Part shown: positions 38,500 to 47,412 of the stretch, one piece after another
Layout of the letters: each line of letters begins with the position of its first letter
Position numbering within the stretch: the first letter of the stretch is position 1
Origin: a virus
Virus record (IMG/VR): IMGVR_UViG_3300017766_003354
Coordinates: 82,906-146,905 of that record
Direction: 5' to 3' (one strand)
Length of the DNA stretch: 64,000 nt
Notes under the pieces: generated by a model
The model's input: the letters and a program-made list of their open reading frames with translations, nothing else
What the model was told of the DNA's origin: nothing
Database searches by the model: none
Translations under genes and position numbers: made by a program

Positions 38500-38967
38500 T
38501 TATTCGTTAGGAATCAAGTAAAATCCATCAAAAGAGACAAGATATTCGAGATTTGAATCTTGAAGTCCGCTGGCAGTGTTAATAGTTGGAGGCTCTACAT
38601 ACTGAGATTTAATCCTCATTCCCATAGTAGAACTTCCGTATTTCTCAAATTCTATGCAATTAATTGGGCATATTATTTCAATATGGTTGGACATCAAAAC
38701 TCCATCATAAAAATAACTAGCTCTCTCAAAATCAAAAGAATGAACTTGAACATTAAAAAGCTCGCCGCTTCTATAACCTCCAAAAAAGTTTCCACTTTGG
38801 TCGAAAAGGTAGCCCCCAGATCCTCTAAAAGATAGGCCAGTAGTAAAATCCCCTGCACCAGTTCCGCTACCGAAGGCGAACGAAAAACCAGAAGCAGGTT
38901 CATTCACCCGAAATTCCAGATCGGCCACGAAGTTAGAATTAACGTGTGTTCCTGTATAGAATTTCAT
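38500..38967 (-). CDS. Virion structural protein, [S/T]G-rich
   Basis: Coupled to tube paralog; beta-rich. Confidence 0.55.
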   Translation of the reverse strand: MKFYTGTHVNSNFVADLEFRVNEPASGFSFAFGSGTGAGDFTTGLSFRGSGGYLFDQSGNFFGGYRSGELFNVQVHSFDFERASYFYDGVLMSNHIEIICPINCIEFEKYGSSTMGMRIKSQYVEPPTINTASGLQDSNLEYLVSFDGFYLIPNE

Positions 38968-39797
38968 AGGCGGTCAAAAATAGAAAATTTATAAGAAAAA
39001 TCAACTTTAGCATTACCCTCTAGATCCAACGATTCTGAGATACCGACTAAAGAAGAATTTTCAACTGAAAATATTTTAGCGTCTGAGCTATCGCAATTAG
39101 AAAGAAAAATTTCAGTTATTCCTTTAGATAGCACGGGGACTTCAGACATTCCAGTGAGAACAGTTTTAAGAACTGAAAAATTCAAATCTCCGACAATTGG
39201 AAACTCTGGATACCTAAACTTGGGAATCTTTTTGCCTAAAACTGCGGTAGATTTGCGACTTATAGGAAGAGTTAGTGTGAAGGACTGAATTGAAAAGTCT
39301 GTTTGATTCGTGATTCCTTCTCCGTAGTTGGCTATTTGGATTTTACTTGGGATAAATGGGGCAACCGAATCGCTGGTCTGAGAAGAATAAGTAAGTGCTC
39401 CAGTAGAACTCCATCTTTGTGAATTCGCTTCATAAGAAACAGATCCATTCACTAATTCTCCCACACCCGCCGAAATCTCATAAGAAGTAAGATAAGCTCC
39501 ACTAATGGTTTCTGTCCCAAGCAAATCTTTCGCTTCGATATTAAATTTCTCAATAGAAACGACGCTGCCAGTCTTTATGTCAAAAAAGGGATCAGTCGTG
39601 CCGATTCCCATGGTCCAATTAATTGTGGCTTCGATTTTTGGCGCGTCTTTTGTGATACGATCATTCACATACAAAGTCCCCAGCCTAATAATATCATCCG
39701 CTTGTGGATCTTTTGAAAAATCAAATTGGGATGCGCCAGTTAGACGTATCCCGTTGATTGAGATCTGAGTGTCGCTTGAATGAATACGAGGAATCAC
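38964..39797 (-). CDS. Tail tube protein paralog
   Basis: FSIQSFTLTLPISRKSTAVLGKKIPKFRYPEFPI aligns with tube IHIQSASVEVPLSRQAIERLGSELPYAKPLEFPI. Confidence 0.65.
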   Translation of the reverse strand: MIPRIHSSDTQISINGIRLTGASQFDFSKDPQADDIIRLGTLYVNDRITKDAPKIEATINWTMGIGTTDPFFDIKTGSVVSIEKFNIEAKDLLGTETISGAYLTSYEISAGVGELVNGSVSYEANSQRWSSTGALTYSSQTSDSVAPFIPSKIQIANYGEGITNQTDFSIQSFTLTLPISRKSTAVLGKKIPKFRYPEFPIVGDLNFSVLKTVLTGMSEVPVLSKGITEIFLSNCDSSDAKIFSVENSSLVGISESLDLEGNAKVDFSYKFSIFDRL

Positions 39798-39845
39798 AAC
39801 AAGGTTTACACCTTTTACCCTCGATTGATTCGCCCCTTCCGAAGA

Positions 39846-39874
39846 AAGAGGCGGGGTGGGTTTCCTCGCCTCTT
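39846..39874 (-). terminator. Intrinsic terminator after tail tube gene
   Basis: AAGAGGCG/CGCCTCTT stem followed by TCTT on minus strand. Confidence 0.65.
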
Positions 39875-39946
39875 AGATCAGGATTGGCTCACCATTAAAG
39901 AGAATCGAATCTCCGTTGTATAGCAAGCCCTCTTCTTCTTCAGGGG

Positions 39947-41059
39947 TTAGGAGAAAGAACCTGTTGACGAACCAGACATAAAGAGGCCCGCGCTTGTGGT
40001 GTTCGCACCAGCGATCTGAGCAGAGAATGTAAGGTCAACAGTTTCATTATCATCCAAGCCGATGCTGAAGTTTTGACTGTCAAGAACAGCGTTCTTTAGA
40101 AGATAATGAACTTTATTAGCAGTTCCACCGCAACGGTCAGTTACCTGAATTGCGATATCGACACCCGCGCTGGCTGTGCAACCAGTCAGAACGGTTTGAA
40201 GTGTTCCTTCTTTGAAGTCGTCAACAATACCGTTGATAGAGCAGGTAACGTTAATTGGGAACTCAAGAGGCTTCGCGTATGGAAGCTCAGAACCGAGTCT
40301 TTCGATAGCTTGACGAGAGAGCGGAACTTCGACGCTTGCGCTTTGAATGTGGATACCAGAAAAGTTCGCTCCGCCCATGTCGATATTAGAACTAAAGCTA
40401 ACGGCAACGTCACCAGCTTTGAGAACATCAACAGAGCTATCTCCAGTGCTAGGCTGAGGAAGAGTGAATGTCCCTGCAAGAGATTCGGCGGTCTGACGAT
40501 TTACAGCGGGGTTTTTACCAGTAGAACCAGTATAGAAAATGATGTTGCCGCATTCAAGTTCAACGTCGGCGCGAGGAATTTCTCCAACAGCAAAGTTGGC
40601 GGTATAGTTCGAAAGAGTCGCATTACCGAATCCGATGGTGGAGTGATTGGCGCGTTGGCTTGCGAAGTTAGCATCGAATGCATCAATACCTTCGGCAGTC
40701 GTTACAACATAGATATTCTTTTCTTTCTTATTTACGTCTTCAGACAGAACACCAGAAATGAACTGACTCACACCTCCGAAAGGAGTCGAAGCGATACCCT
40801 TAATATTAAACCCAAGATGTCCTTCATTTTCGCCGTCTGTCAGGTAATAACCAAAAGAAAGAGTAGGAGTAAGCTCGGACGCACGCACGGTAGCAATACG
40901 AGCAAGCTGACCAAATTCACGAACGTCTTGTCGAGCGCCAGCGAGGTCGATATCGAAAGAAAGGGTGTCGATTCTGTGAAGTTGTGCGGGAGTAGTTACA
41001 CTGCCTGTAGGAGAAGCATAAACGGCTTTGGACTGGGAAATGATGCGGGTTCTAGGCAT
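39947..41059 (-). CDS. Major tail (tube) protein
   Basis: Position after neck genes, own promoter motif and terminator, highly biased codons, RQDVREFGQLA tube-like motif. Confidence 0.75.
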   Translation of the reverse strand: MPRTRIISQSKAVYASPTGSVTTPAQLHRIDTLSFDIDLAGARQDVREFGQLARIATVRASELTPTLSFGYYLTDGENEGHLGFNIKGIASTPFGGVSQFISGVLSEDVNKKEKNIYVVTTAEGIDAFDANFASQRANHSTIGFGNATLSNYTANFAVGEIPRADVELECGNIIFYTGSTGKNPAVNRQTAESLAGTFTLPQPSTGDSSVDVLKAGDVAVSFSSNIDMGGANFSGIHIQSASVEVPLSRQAIERLGSELPYAKPLEFPINVTCSINGIVDDFKEGTLQTVLTGCTASAGVDIAIQVTDRCGGTANKVHYLLKNAVLDSQNFSIGLDDNETVDLTFSAQIAGANTTSAGLFMSGSSTGSFS

Positions 41060-41091
41060 AAGTTTAAGTTATTTTCTGTCTTTACACAATT

Positions 41092-41964
41092 TTAAAGTCT
41101 TGGGAAGCGGTGGGTGGACAAATCAAAGTCTAGAAACCCAATTGAAAAGTTTTTACCCAAGTTTTTGCGCATATCTGGATTTACGATTTTAGAGTCGATG
41201 ACTTTTTCGATATATGATTTATTGCTATGTTCTTGTGGCTGGGAGGCTTTTAAGACCGCGTAATTATACGGGAAGCTCTTTATAGAATTAAACTTCCCAT
41301 AAGGGAAATCCTCATAAGGGATATGAGTAACGCATTTTCTGGCCGAGTCTCTGAAATAAGAAAGAACAGCATCCAGAAGATAATTATCCTTCGTCAAGAC
41401 GGCCACTCTTATTCTTGTTTTCGTATCTTCTTCGCCGCCAAAGCAAAATTCTTTATTTTCTCCATTGGCTAAAGAAATGAAACAAGCAGGCAAAAAGTAA
41501 GTCTTTTCGTCAAGTTTGTCGTCTTTGCCATACCAATAAGGTTTGGCCTGTCCTACTTCACGAAAGTCGCCGTGGACAATTAACTGTTCATCGTCATCGT
41601 TCGAAATGTAGGTATTAATTTCTTTAACGGTGGAATTTGCTGTGATGGTCAAGCTCGCGCCAGAAGCTTTAGGCAAAATGATTCGTCCATTTGTATAGTC
41701 CACAAACACTCCAGACGCGGAACCAGTCACAAATGACCCCCCTACAAAAATACCAGAATTCGGAACATCAACGCTTTGCTCTGCAACTAATTGCCTATAC
41801 GCCCCTTGATAAGCATAATAATTAGAAGGAATATCGGGCGCGGAGACTCTTTTGAACTCGTTAGATAAGCCAGTAATATAAGCTTTTGAGCGAGAACTCA
41901 ATAACTCATTCTCAAACCAAAGATAAAAGCTCGAAAGTAAAATATGATCAAACTGCGATTTCAT
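41092..41964 (-). CDS. Putative tail terminator/completion protein
   Basis: Position before tube; LPACFI..GG..TRIRVAV pattern. Confidence 0.5.
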   Translation of the reverse strand: MKSQFDHILLSSFYLWFENELLSSRSKAYITGLSNEFKRVSAPDIPSNYYAYQGAYRQLVAEQSVDVPNSGIFVGGSFVTGSASGVFVDYTNGRIILPKASGASLTITANSTVKEINTYISNDDDEQLIVHGDFREVGQAKPYWYGKDDKLDEKTYFLPACFISLANGENKEFCFGGEEDTKTRIRVAVLTKDNYLLDAVLSYFRDSARKCVTHIPYEDFPYGKFNSIKSFPYNYAVLKASQPQEHSNKSYIEKVIDSKIVNPDMRKNLGKNFSIGFLDFDLSTHRFPRL

Positions 41965-42590
41965 CTACGAATCCTTTCTCTAAAGTCGTTTAGCATTTGT
42001 GAAATATATGAAACGTTTTGGAATTTGCTGCTGACGATTTTGGCTTTAGATTGGATACCTGTTGTAGAACGCAAATTTGAGCCTTTAAATCCCTCTTCGG
42101 AATACATATATTGACCCAAACCAGAAACGCCCTTTTCCACGCCGTCAACCCAGCTTCTGCCAGCAAGCCAGTCAAAATGAGTTACATTGAAAATTTCTTC
42201 TTTGGATGGGGCATTCTGCAAGTAAATTTCAAATCTCCCTTGAACACCCTTACGAACGGCTGAAACATCGATTTGTCTTTGGAGGATATCATAGATTGGA
42301 CCCGTAGGATCGCTGCTATATTCAAACCCAAAAAATGAAAACAAATTACCATATCCCCCCAAAAGCCCAGAACTATTCGAAGCCAGCGGCCCCGAATTAA
42401 TTTCTTTAGTGACTGGATGTTGAGTGAAGTCTTTGATTAGTTGTTTCTGCGCTCTAATTATTTTCGGAGTGACGAATTCAGTAACCCTTTGTGTCATGCT
42501 CGGGCGTTTACTCAATACAATTTCCTTCATAAGTTGCCTGCTGTTCACAGACACCTTAACAGGCTTGACTTTCAAAAACTTAGTTTTCAC
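41961..42590 (-). CDS. Putative neck protein
   Basis: Probable GTG start 42590 overlapping upstream stop; head-tail region. Confidence 0.5.
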   Translation of the reverse strand: MKTKFLKVKPVKVSVNSRQLMKEIVLSKRPSMTQRVTEFVTPKIIRAQKQLIKDFTQHPVTKEINSGPLASNSSGLLGGYGNLFSFFGFEYSSDPTGPIYDILQRQIDVSAVRKGVQGRFEIYLQNAPSKEEIFNVTHFDWLAGRSWVDGVEKGVSGLGQYMYSEEGFKGSNLRSTTGIQSKAKIVSSKFQNVSYISQMLNDFRERIRR

Positions 42591-43023
42591 GGCGTAAAAA
42601 GATTGAGTAATACTGAGTGCCGAACGGACCAACTACTTTGGCGTCCCCATCTACAGAATAAAGGACATCATCGACTTCAATTTTGGCCGCAGTCAATAGA
42701 GATTCATAAGTAGCGTCATCCACCTTCAATCGGATTGTTCCTTGAGAAAATGGAATATTGGCTTGTGATCTAAATTGATCGCCTTCTTGTTTGGGATTTT
42801 CGGGATAGTAAACGCGAGCTTGTCCAGTTGTTTTAACTAAAGTGGTGTTATATGGACTTTCAGAGCCGTCCAAATCTCGGCCATATAGAGAATTATAATC
42901 AGAGTCTTCGGCGTCTTCTTTTTGCTCGGTGTAAATGTAAATATCTCTCGCGAAAGTATCGTGCAATCGCGAAAAGGCTTCATTTACGGTGGCTTTTTGG
43001 GCCGCTGATAGAAGAGAAGACAT
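42580..43023 (-). CDS. Putative head closure/stopper protein
   Basis: Size, position, KIEVDDVLYSV..YYSIFLRR beta pattern. Confidence 0.55.
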   Translation of the reverse strand: MSSLLSAAQKATVNEAFSRLHDTFARDIYIYTEQKEDAEDSDYNSLYGRDLDGSESPYNTTLVKTTGQARVYYPENPKQEGDQFRSQANIPFSQGTIRLKVDDATYESLLTAAKIEVDDVLYSVDGDAKVVGPFGTQYYSIFLRREN

Positions 43024-43517
43024 TAAGAAGGAACTTCAGTATAATAATAATTGCCGTCGTCGCCAGCGACTTGAACAGGAGAAGCTTTGTTCATATTGTA
43101 TTGATAGACCAACTGATCCAATTCTTCCTTTTCAGAATTAGCTAGGTCACTAAGGCTTTTGGAAATTGAATTTTTACTGACCCTTTGGATCGAGGAATCT
43201 CCCTCTTTAATAGAAGTCCAGTCGTCCACAGCGGAAGAACTGTCGCTCCAAACAACTCCTTTAAGAACTTCTCGGGCGGCTTTTTTATAATAGTGAATTG
43301 TATAAAGCTTCGAAAAGATAGATTCTTCGGATGGACTCAGACCTGTAGGAGCAATATTCCCATCGTCAGCAATATAAAAACACTCATGGGTGATAGAATT
43401 CAATTCTCCTAAATTCGTTTCGAGCCAGCCCGAAACATAGGAAATAGGAAAACGAGCAACGTCTTCCTTGAAGTTATATTTTACTATGGAATAAGCTAAA
43501 TTACCGAAATCGTTCAT
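43023..43517 (-). CDS. Putative head-tail adaptor
   Basis: Helical with TSIKEGDSSI hairpin typical of adaptors. Confidence 0.55.
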   Translation of the reverse strand: MNDFGNLAYSIVKYNFKEDVARFPISYVSGWLETNLGELNSITHECFYIADDGNIAPTGLSPSEESIFSKLYTIHYYKKAAREVLKGVVWSDSSSAVDDWTSIKEGDSSIQRVSKNSISKSLSDLANSEKEELDQLVYQYNMNKASPVQVAGDDGNYYYTEVPS

Positions 43518-43571
43518 AAGAAAAGAAGTTTCTTCTTCTCTTAACTACACCTTTTTCGACAAAACCAGAAC

Positions 43572-44003
43572 TTAACTCTGGAAGAGCTTCTTCGCAGCTT
43601 CGTAATTAGGAGAAGACTCGTCAATTACTGGACGATGAGCGGAGGCAATACCATAATCATGCTTCTTGACAAACGTATCAAAAGAGTTCTTTAAAAGCCT
43701 CTTTAATTCATGGCCATTACGAGAAGGAGGAACGCCGACTCTCATCGCTAGATTTTGCAAGTCCGTAGTCGTCATTTCACCGATTCGCTCTGCGAAAATT
43801 TGGCGGTTCATGGTTCCATAAGGATTGGCCTCTTTGATGCCAAACAAAGCTTCGAGGGCCTTCAACTCTTTAATTGTTTTGGAGTCGCGGTCTTTGCCGT
43901 CTGCAAATTCGAATTCTTCCAGAGTAGAGGTATCGAGTTCTTTTGAGGCGTCGGATTCTTTAAGTTCTTTTTCTTTGGCGAGATATAAAGCGGGGTCAAT
44001 CAT
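43572..44003 (-). CDS. Hypothetical protein (143 aa)
   Basis: Own promoter TTGATT-16-GATAAT (44009-44036), 5 nt before ATG. Confidence 0.7.
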   Translation of the reverse strand: MIDPALYLAKEKELKESDASKELDTSTLEEFEFADGKDRDSKTIKELKALEALFGIKEANPYGTMNRQIFAERIGEMTTTDLQNLAMRVGVPPSRNGHELKRLLKNSFDTFVKKHDYGIASAHRPVIDESSPNYEAAKKLFQS

Positions 44004-44037
44004 AATTAATTATCTGATCTTTTTAGAAAAAATCAAC

Positions 44038-44069
44038 AAAAAGGGGCCGACCCCTTTCGGAGCGGCCCC
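44038..44069 (-). terminator. Intrinsic terminator after major capsid gene
   Basis: GGGGCCG...CGGCCCC stem followed by T-run on minus strand. Confidence 0.85.
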
Positions 44070-44087
44070 AATTCGAGGGGTTAGAGA

Positions 44088-45224
44088 TTACACAAACAAG
44101 CCGACCAGAGCGCGGTCATCGATGATCATGCGGCCTTCGTCAAGCTTGCCGTAGTATCCAATCTTACTTTGGCGACCAACGAATTGGTCATCCACCATGA
44201 GGCTGAATTCTGAGGGGCTATCTTCGCCTTGCATAACAGGGCGGATAAGGGCATCGCGTGAGCGATCAACACCGATCAAAATTTCGTCGTCAGCAACAGC
44301 CCAACCAGAGAGCGACACGCTGTTTGCAGCGCGAACGGCTTCGAAAATAAGGTTGAAACGTTGGCCGATACCGAGTTCGAGCACTTCCACAATATTGATG
44401 CCGTAGAAGGCTGGAAGGCCAGCGGCATTGTAGAGGGACATGCGGAGAGCTTCTGGTGCCGCAATCGAATCTTTCGTAGCGGAACCGTAAGGAGCCTCTG
44501 CGGTGTTGATTGGATTGTAGGCCATAGCGCGAAGCTCTTGAACCATTTCGGGGGACACCATCAGGTCAGTAATACCAACTTTCGAGCCACCAACAGGAGT
44601 GCCGTTGGAGAACGAAGCGTTGATACGCTTACTGAGAGTGATTAGGCGGTTAAAGTCATGAAGAACGAAACGTCCAGCGGTAGTCGCGGGGATGATGTGG
44701 TTGCCCTTTGCTTTAGATCCACCAGCGGCAGAAATAGTTTGGGCGTTCACAAGAGCCGAAGCGATAACGTTGAAGGAAGTCTTCTCTTGCTTCATCAGGA
44801 TTTCCTGAGCCATACGAGTGAAGGTCTTGCCAACCACATCGAGACGAGAACGGCGAGCATACTTCTTGTCGAAGGCAAGCGCGGAGTCAAGGTTGTAGGT
44901 TGTGAACTTCAGTTCGTTGTGAGCAGGGAAGACTTGGCTATAAGGAAGACCACCAGCGACTTGCTGAGAGTAAACCGTAATAAAGTCTTCATCCGTGATG
45001 TCATGGAACAAGTCCAAAGGAAGGGAAGGATTGTCATCCTCATTGAATGTCATCGATGAGAAGATGTTGCTAACGGTTGGGGCGTTATTAACAACTTCGT
45101 TGATGACTGGTCCCATGAGAGTCGCTACAGCAGCTTGCGCTTCGTAGGCTTCATCCCGATTGTTGCTTCCCATGGCTTTCACCAAGGCAACTTGCTCGTC
45201 TGTCTTTTTAAGGGTAATTTTCAT
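44088..45224 (-). CDS. Major capsid protein (HK97 fold inferred)
   Basis: 378 aa after scaffold/decoration, strong codon bias, terminator; C-terminal KIGYYGKLDEGRMIIDDRALV. Confidence 0.85.
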   Translation of the reverse strand: MKITLKKTDEQVALVKAMGSNNRDEAYEAQAAVATLMGPVINEVVNNAPTVSNIFSSMTFNEDDNPSLPLDLFHDITDEDFITVYSQQVAGGLPYSQVFPAHNELKFTTYNLDSALAFDKKYARRSRLDVVGKTFTRMAQEILMKQEKTSFNVIASALVNAQTISAAGGSKAKGNHIIPATTAGRFVLHDFNRLITLSKRINASFSNGTPVGGSKVGITDLMVSPEMVQELRAMAYNPINTAEAPYGSATKDSIAAPEALRMSLYNAAGLPAFYGINIVEVLELGIGQRFNLIFEAVRAANSVSLSGWAVADDEILIGVDRSRDALIRPVMQGEDSPSEFSLMVDDQFVGRQSKIGYYGKLDEGRMIIDDRALVGLFV

Positions 45225-45235
45225 CAGTTAGAATA

Positions 45236-45835
45236 TTAGAGTTCGAGTTTCAGAAGAGCGTAGGCACCTTCAAAAGCGTCCGTATCGGATACCGAAGCGC
45301 GGCTTCCAGTAGCGATCCATTTACCGACCGAATACTCTTTCTGAGTAGCGGAAGGAGAAGCAACACCAGTGAGCATGCCGTCTGCGACAGGGATAGCGTA
45401 AGAGTTAATTGCAGGGGCAACACCACCAGCAAGACCATTCACGTTAAACATGAACAGGCCGCGAGTTACAACAGGCACAGCCTCACCAGAGACAACACAC
45501 TGAAGTTCGTCCTTTTTCTGAGGATAGAAAAGCAGATTTTCTCCGTTTTCGTCAACTGTGCGAATGTCGCGCAGCATGATTCCAAGCGGGCGCTGGCCAG
45601 TGGTCGTAACCTTGGTAAGCTTGAGAGGAATTTGTGGGTAATACGAGGAAGCGTGACCCATTTGATTGGTGAAACCGTAACTCGTATATTCAACTGTTTC
45701 CTTGTTCAAGTCAGCTTCGCTAACTCGGACGAGTGAACCAGCCTGACCAGTAGCAGCATCGAGAGCATACATGTTGATAACATCTTGCTCTGAATACTGG
45801 CGAAATGGAAGCAGTCGTGTGATTGTGTTTGCCAT
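45236..45835 (-). CDS. Capsid decoration/cement protein
   Basis: Between scaffold and MCP; PLGIML, SGEAVPVVTRG. Confidence 0.7.
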   Translation of the reverse strand: MANTITRLLPFRQYSEQDVINMYALDAATGQAGSLVRVSEADLNKETVEYTSYGFTNQMGHASSYYPQIPLKLTKVTTTGQRPLGIMLRDIRTVDENGENLLFYPQKKDELQCVVSGEAVPVVTRGLFMFNVNGLAGGVAPAINSYAIPVADGMLTGVASPSATQKEYSVGKWIATGSRASVSDTDAFEGAYALLKLEL

Positions 45836-45856
45836 AGTGTTGTATTATTGAGATTA

Positions 45857-47401
45857 TTAGTTGGTTACTTCGACCGAGAAATTCTTGCGGAGTTTATCGA
45901 GCAAAGATTCTTTTTTGCTGGTGTCTTCGCCGCCGTTAGGAATGGATTCCTTACCTTCGGCTTCGAGGTCCAGTTCGTCTTCGCCTTTTTCATCTTCCTT
46001 AGCCGAAGCGTTTGATTGAAGGCGCTTGGCGACTTCTTCTTCGATCTTCAGTTTGACGGCTTCTTCTTGAGAGGCGATGGCGGTTTTAAGTTTGTGGGAG
46101 AAAAGAACAGAGAGTTTCGATTTGAATGCGTCAAAGGCAGAATCAGTTGCTTCGACAGTCTTCAGATCATTAACAACAAGAGCGAGTTCGGCTTCAGCAA
46201 AATCATATTCGCTTTGAATGAAGTTCATTCGGGCGTTGAAAAGAGCGGCAGCGGCTTGAATCTCAGACTCCTGCTTGAGAGCGTCCAGTTCGGACTTGAC
46301 AGTATCGAAAGAAGTTTGAAGGGTTTTAAGGCTTTCCTTGGAGGCGATGGCTTCTTGCTTTTCAGCTTCAACCTTGGCTTCCCAAACTTTGCTATACTCT
46401 TGGAGAGTGTCTTTCATTACCAAGCCAATAGATTTGGCGGTCGATTCTTCAGATGTAAACGAGGCAACACTCGTTTCGAGCTTGCTAAGAAATTGATTGA
46501 ATTGTTTTTCGTCCATGGATAAGATTTCTCTAAACTTTCCAATCCTTACAATGTTTTTAGCAATTAGGGAATTTTTTTGTAAAAGTTTTTTATTTTTTTC
46601 TTCAGAAGACTCGATCTCTTCTACTTCTGAATCTTCTGATAGTTTATCTTCAACGACAAAAACTCCCTCAACTTTAGCGGCGGGCGCATAAGTCAAGCCA
46701 GCGCCGAGAGGAAGAATCTCACCGACAATAATTCGACCTACTGGTTTGCCGTTCTTATCAACGCCTTTTCCTTTATATGCTTTTAGACACTTCTTCGCGG
46801 CCAAAGCTTCTTTTTCTTCTGTGATAACAGAGGCTTCAGATACAAGAGAATCTGATTTTGGAATATTGGCCATCTTGAATTTCTTAAAGCCGACCTCCCA
46901 AGAGGTAGATATACTCTTGTAATCATCACTTTCTTCATTGCTCGCATTTACAATCGCCCCAGCAAGCTTCGGGAAAATATGACGATAAATTACTCCAGCA
47001 GCAGTGATATAAAAAGGCTTTGTCTCTCCAATAAAAGACTCAATATCATTATCTTGGAATTCTCCTTCGTTATAAGAAAATGAAGCATTAAGAATATGAC
47101 CTACGATTTGGTCTTTCTTATGCTCGACGTTAATCGGCTTATTCGTAAAAAACTTTACAGCGGCGGCTGCCGTCTCAGCGTCAATTCCATCGCCGTTTTT
47201 GTTAAACTGGTTGACAACAGCAAGGTTAAAAACTACAGGAAGAAGGTCTATATTCTTTCCTTTATCGAAATCTTCTGGAAATAAAGACTGAATGTTTTCT
47301 TCAATAGAGGCTTGAGAAGTCCCATATTGAGCCAAAACGTCATTACTGGCCGCGACCACATAACCATCAAAGCTGGCAGTCAGTATATCTAATTCATCCA
47401 T
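45857..47401 (-). CDS. Prohead protease fused to scaffold
   Basis: NKNGDGI, KPINVEH..IVGH, STSWEV, PAAKV protease motifs; coiled-coil acidic C-terminal half. Confidence 0.85.
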   Translation of the reverse strand: MDELDILTASFDGYVVAASNDVLAQYGTSQASIEENIQSLFPEDFDKGKNIDLLPVVFNLAVVNQFNKNGDGIDAETAAAAVKFFTNKPINVEHKKDQIVGHILNASFSYNEGEFQDNDIESFIGETKPFYITAAGVIYRHIFPKLAGAIVNASNEESDDYKSISTSWEVGFKKFKMANIPKSDSLVSEASVITEEKEALAAKKCLKAYKGKGVDKNGKPVGRIIVGEILPLGAGLTYAPAAKVEGVFVVEDKLSEDSEVEEIESSEEKNKKLLQKNSLIAKNIVRIGKFREILSMDEKQFNQFLSKLETSVASFTSEESTAKSIGLVMKDTLQEYSKVWEAKVEAEKQEAIASKESLKTLQTSFDTVKSELDALKQESEIQAAAALFNARMNFIQSEYDFAEAELALVVNDLKTVEATDSAFDAFKSKLSVLFSHKLKTAIASQEEAVKLKIEEEVAKRLQSNASAKEDEKGEDELDLEAEGKESIPNGGEDTSKKESLLDKLRKNFSVEVTN

Positions 47402-47412
47402 TCTGGATTTTG

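Noticed and set aside
40106-41095. 329-aa plus-strand ORF opposite the tail tube (and similar shadows over MCP, scaffold, TMP)
   Set aside because: Antisense shadow of a strongly codon-biased gene; no motifs or expression signals
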